Shown: positions 60,374 through 64,000 of the stretch, one piece after another | Numbering within the stretch: position 1 is the stretch's first letter | How the letters are laid out: the number at the start of each line of letters is the position of its first letter | DNA from: Coleofasciculus sp. B1-GNL1-01 | GTDB taxonomy: Bacteria > Cyanobacteriota > Cyanobacteriia > Cyanobacteriales > Coleofasciculaceae | DNA: 64,000 bases | NCBI GenBank assembly: GCA_040220235.1 | Contig: JAVJTO010000070.1 | Strand: one strand, 5' to 3' | Translations under genes and position numbers: made by a program | Notes under the pieces: generated by a model | The model's input: only the letters and a program-made list of their open reading frames with translations | Told to the model about the DNA's origin: nothing | The model's database searches: none

Positions 60374-60655
60374 TTAAGGTACATATACTGTAATGATAAC
60401 TAGCTTCCCAGTTGGACTCAGCTTGGCAATTAACTCGACTTCCCCACCATCAAGAGTTGTACCTCGAATGCGGTATTTCGATTCGGCGGTCGCCCTATCT
60501 TTTTGACGTTCCAGTATCTCGCCTGTCAGAATGCCTTGTTCAATATCATAGATCGTGAGGGTATCCTCGCTCATTTCTTCTTCAGCGTGGAGTGTCATTA
60601 CATATTTTCGTGAGCGAATCTTTTCTCGCATTCGTTGCAAGATTTCATCGAACAT
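60374..60655 (-). CDS. DUF4258 family protein
   Basis: TLHAEEEM, ILTGEI, LVIITVY. Confidence 0.85.
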   Translation of the reverse strand: MFDEILQRMREKIRSRKYVMTLHAEEEMSEDTLTIYDIEQGILTGEILERQKDRATAESKYRIRGTTLDGGEVELIAKLSPTGKLVIITVYVP

Positions 60656-60719
60656 AGCATTACTAATTTCATCGACCTGTGTCCAAAATGATTATCCTAG
60701 TTTTCAGGGATTTGTTATA

Positions 60720-60822
60720 TAGCATTACGGGCATACGTTAGGACATTACTCTGTTGCCTATTGCCTATTCCCTATTGCCTTTTCACCTAATTTTATTGTC
60801 CTAACCTCAATGCGTAGTGCTA
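60720..60822. mobile_element. MITE family B (inverted copy)
   Basis: Near reverse complement of 4187-4275 with more internal heptamers. Confidence 0.8.
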
Positions 60823-60932
60823 TAATAGAAATCTTTAGCCGATCGCACTCCCAATCATCGCCAATCATCAGTTGCTAGACCCGCCTCGATCAGGAGTCGG
60901 ATAGGCATTGCCCACCCGACATCACATCCTTT

Positions 60933-62288
60933 TTAACAAGGGGCTAAGGTTAACGCTTCACCCGTGAGACTGAACGCCCGAACTTCGGTAATTTTCACCT
61001 TAACTAACTGTCCTTTTAATTGATTAATATCCCCGCTAAAGAAGGTCAACCGATTTCCTCGCGTGCGCCCCATCACTTGGCTGGAATCCTTGGGATTTTG
61101 ATCTTCGACAAGAACTTCTTCAATTCGCCCGAAATATCGTTGCGATCGCGCGGCGGCTTTTATACTAACTAAATGGTTGAGTCGTTGTAGGCGATCGCTC
61201 TTAACTTCCTCACTCAGTTGATTCTCCCATAAGGCGGCGGGTGTACCGGGGCGAGGCGAGTAAGCGGCGGTGTTTAATTGGTCAAATTCAATATCTTCCA
61301 CCAGTTTTAACGTATTCTCAAACTGTGCCTCGGTTTCCCCCGGAAAGCCGACAATTGCATCCGCACTAATCGACGCATCGGGCATATAATCGCGAATCGT
61401 ATTAATAATTCGGCGATATTTTTCCTGGGTATATCCCCGCGCCATGGCTTTGAGGATGTCGTTATCCCCGGATTGGAAGGGAATATGGAAATGTTCGCAA
61501 ACCTTGGGCAATTCCTTGCAAGCGCGAATGAGTCGTTCCGTGAAATAGCGGGGGTGACTCGTGGCAAACCGAATCCGTTCAACTCCGGGGACATCGTGAA
61601 CATAATAGAGTAAATCTGTCAAGGTGTGCTGATGTCGTCCCGATTCAGTCACGCCGGGTAAATCTCGCCCGTAAGCATCAATATTTTGTCCCAGTAGGGT
61701 GATTTCTTTATACCCTTGCTGTCCTAATTCCGCCATTTCTGCCCGAATCGCCTCTGGGGTGCGGGATTGTTCCACGCCGCGCACATTGGGGACAACGCAG
61801 TAGGTGCAGCGTTCGTTACAGCCGTAAATCACATTCACCCAAGCGGTAACGGTGCTATCGCGGCGGGGTTTGGTAATGTCTTCAACGATATGGATGGGTT
61901 CAGTGGCGACAACTTGGTTTCCGTCGGAGACTTGTTCGAGTAAGTCTTTTAGGCGGTTAGCGTGTTGAGGTCCCATGACTAAATCCAATTCGGGGACACG
62001 CCGCAGCAGTGATTCTCCTTCCTGTTGAGCGACACATCCGGCAACAATTAAGGTAAGGTCAGGTTGTTCTTGTTTCCGCTTTGCTTGTCTACCCAGGTAG
62101 GAATAGACTTTTTGTTCGGCGTTATCGCGAATCGTGCAGGTATTGTAGAGGATCAGGCTGGCGTCGTTGGGGTCTTCTGACCACTCAAATCCCATATCTT
62201 CTAAGATACCAGCCATGCGTTCCGAGTCGGCTTTGTTCATCTGGCAGCCGAAGGTGGTGATATGGTAGCGACGGGGAGAGGTGGTCAT
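60933..62288 (-). CDS. miaB: tRNA-2-methylthio-N6-dimethylallyladenosine synthase
   Basis: GCQMN, NTCTIR, radical [15 protein letters not shown] domain. Confidence 0.97.
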   Translation of the reverse strand: MTTSPRRYHITTFGCQMNKADSERMAGILEDMGFEWSEDPNDASLILYNTCTIRDNAEQKVYSYLGRQAKRKQEQPDLTLIVAGCVAQQEGESLLRRVPELDLVMGPQHANRLKDLLEQVSDGNQVVATEPIHIVEDITKPRRDSTVTAWVNVIYGCNERCTYCVVPNVRGVEQSRTPEAIRAEMAELGQQGYKEITLLGQNIDAYGRDLPGVTESGRHQHTLTDLLYYVHDVPGVERIRFATSHPRYFTERLIRACKELPKVCEHFHIPFQSGDNDILKAMARGYTQEKYRRIINTIRDYMPDASISADAIVGFPGETEAQFENTLKLVEDIEFDQLNTAAYSPRPGTPAALWENQLSEEVKSDRLQRLNHLVSIKAAARSQRYFGRIEEVLVEDQNPKDSSQVMGRTRGNRLTFFSGDINQLKGQLVKVKITEVRAFSLTGEALTLAPC

Positions 62289-62426
62289 GTTAAGTAGCAG
62301 GGTTTTGAGATAACGTTAGATTTTCATTATAGGTTTTGGTTGTTGAACAAGCTGATGTTGAATCGAATCAGACTGGAATCGAGTAAGCTGTAGGTGTAAA
62401 TTCTGGCAATTTGGGGACGTGCAATT

Positions 62427-62642
62427 ATGTCACTAGCTGAGGTGCTTCCTGCTGCACGACAACTCACCGCAACGGAAAAGCTCAAACTGATCCGAATTCT
62501 GGCTGAGGATTTGGAGATGGCTAAGGATATTTTACCGTTGGAACCCTTTAAAATCTATGACTTGCCCACCCCTTATGATTGTTTTGGGGCAGGTGCAGTT
62601 TTAATGGAAGCCTTCAAACCCTCCGATGCAAGTCAGCAGTGA
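62427..62642 (+). CDS. Small hypothetical protein (antitoxin-like)
   Basis: L..EKLKLIRILAEDL helix; 3 nt upstream of the next gene. Confidence 0.6.
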   Translation: MSLAEVLPAARQLTATEKLKLIRILAEDLEMAKDILPLEPFKIYDLPTPYDCFGAGAVLMEAFKPSDASQQ

Positions 62643-62645
62643 TAT

Positions 62646-63053
62646 ATGCGGTTTAAATATTCAACCACTAGCCCAAATCAAAATGAGTTTGACAGCCTGC
62701 CGAGACTTCCGCTAATTCTACATCAGGAAGACCAGAGAATTGAAGCAATTGGGCTAGTGGATAGCGGTGCTACAGTTAATGTTTTACCTTTTGAACTCGG
62801 TCTTCAATTAGGGGGAATTTGGGACGATCGCAGCGCTATTATTCAGTTAGCGGGTAATCTTAGCAATCAGCCAGCAATGCCCTTTTCTGCGATCGCCAAA
62901 ATCGGAGACTTTCCCCAGACAAAATTGCTGTTTGCATGGGTGCAGCGTCCAAACACACCATTGATTTTGGGTCAGACCAACTTTTTTATTGAATTCGATG
63001 TTTGCTTCTACCGTTCTAAATTAGAATTTGAAGTCAAGCCAAAATCTCCTTAG
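62646..63053 (+). CDS. Retropepsin-like aspartyl protease domain protein
   Basis: GLVDSGA catalytic motif; LILGQTNFF. Confidence 0.75.
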   Translation: MRFKYSTTSPNQNEFDSLPRLPLILHQEDQRIEAIGLVDSGATVNVLPFELGLQLGGIWDDRSAIIQLAGNLSNQPAMPFSAIAKIGDFPQTKLLFAWVQRPNTPLILGQTNFFIEFDVCFYRSKLEFEVKPKSP

Positions 63054-63346
63054 CCAGCCAGCTAACTCTACCATTGCACACCAAATTTTCTCATAAATTA
63101 TCGTGCCAAAAAGCAAGAGAGTAATTCATCTGAATCTTAGTTTTCACGGTATGGCTCTTGCTCCCCTCTCCCCGGCGTGGGAGAGGGGCTGGGGGTGAGG
63201 GGTTGAGCTTAAGTTGATACGGATGGTTTCACAACTATCTTTTCGGTTGCACCCAGATGTAACTAAACCCGCCCTGACTCAGGTGTCTAAACTTGCCATG
63301 AAACGTTCGCATCTGAAGGAGTAAGCGGGTTGGTGAGTCTTTAGAT

Positions 63347-63448
63347 TGTGGCTGGCGAGTCTCTATACGTGGCTAGCGAGTCTTTATGTGTGGCTAGCGA
63401 GTTTTTATGTGTGGCTGACGAGTCTCTATGTGTGGCTGACGAGTCTTT
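63347..63448. repeat. 21-bp tandem repeat, about 5 units
   Basis: GTGGCT(GG/AG/GA)CGAGTCTCTATGT-like units. Confidence 0.85.
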
Positions 63449-63583
63449 GAGCCTGGAACAAGCCCTGGCGAACCGCCTAAACGACTCAATCAACATAATC
63501 CGTCTATCCTAACGGGTGAAATGGCAAGAAATAGGAAAGGAACTTCACCTTCAGCGTGAATCGAGATACAATCGGAACTTGGA

Positions 63584-64000
63584 TTATCCGTTGTCGGGAA
63601 CCCGCAACATCCGTTCTTCAATCGCTGCCCAGGTTTTGGGCGATACCCGCACAGCTGATTTTTTGCACTGAATTATTAGGTAATTTACGTAAAAATAATT
63701 GTGAAATGCGCTTGTTTCTTTTACAGATAATTGGATAATATGTTTTTTTAAATTAAATGCTTTTAACCAAATCTGCAAGAGTTTATTCGCAAATTCCTTG
63801 TGTACTTTATATGGTTGATTGCTGTCTGGTAATTTAGTTTTAAGAGATTCTATTCTTGCAATCATTAAAGTGAAATCTATATTCTTGAATATTTTTATTT
63901 TTTCTAAATCGCGGGTGAGATTTTTGGCAATCTTCAGACTAACAGCACGATCTCTGACATAACTAAGGTTGAGGGTAGATACGAAATCATCAGCATTAGC
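63584..64000 (-). CDS. C-terminal end of a probable NACHT-type NTPase (5' part outside the window)
   Basis: Frame open from 64000; ends YFYVNYLIIQCKKSAVRVSPKTWAAIEERML, which resembles cyanobacterial NACHT C-termini. Confidence 0.6.
   Translation of the reverse strand, partial: ANADDFVSTLNLSYVRDRAVSLKIAKNLTRDLEKIKIFKNIDFTLMIARIESLKTKLPDSNQPYKVHKEFANKLLQIWLKAFNLKKHIIQLSVKETSAFHNYFYVNYLIIQCKKSAVRVSPKTWAAIEERMLRVPDNG

Noticed and set aside
63347..63448. Possible CRISPR or iteron array
   Set aside because: Contiguous 21-bp units with no spacers, far from the rep gene.
63490..63530. Integron attC-like core (CCTAAC/GTTAGG)
   Set aside because: No matching inverse core with the required internal symmetry, and no integrase or cassette array.
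1..64000. tRNA, rRNA, intact transposase or prophage genes
   Set aside because: None recognised by eye; a tRNAscan/Infernal run would be needed to exclude short RNA genes.

Overview
Chromosomal window from a cyanobacterium, probably filamentous. Evidence: abundant HIP1 octamer GCGATCGC, STRR-type heptamer repeats, and KGK, DUF928, CHAT, CHASE2, Uma2 and CyRepA1-family genes; the taxonomic call is inference. Housekeeping genes (lpxD, pyrC, lepB, grxC, proA, topA, miaB, rubredoxin) alternate with accessory material: a PAS histidine kinase, two RTX-tailed phosphatases, a CHASE2-cyclase/haemagglutinin/CHAT/DUF928 cluster, two ABC-ATPase plus nuclease pairs (one PARIS-like), toxin-antitoxin-like pairs, a stress gene cluster, several pseudogenes, and many MITEs and GTAG-type REP palindromes. 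Highlights read directly from the sequence: (1) a circularly permuted alkaline phosphatase with the GDGM motif moved behind the normal C-terminus; (2) an unannotated ~54-nt sRNA with promoter and terminator whose 5' end resembles NsiR1; (3) a candidate MFPPW leader-peptide/anti-SD attenuator before an MFS transporter; (4) a protein with a phycobiliprotein-like domain lacking the bilin cysteine; (5) nested MITEs with visible target-site duplications, one with its empty site in the same window; (6) REP-derived 105-bp repeats translated in frame inside a CyRepA1 primase-helicase; (7) a group II intron 3' remnant. All family assignments come from motif recognition by eye; no database search was run.
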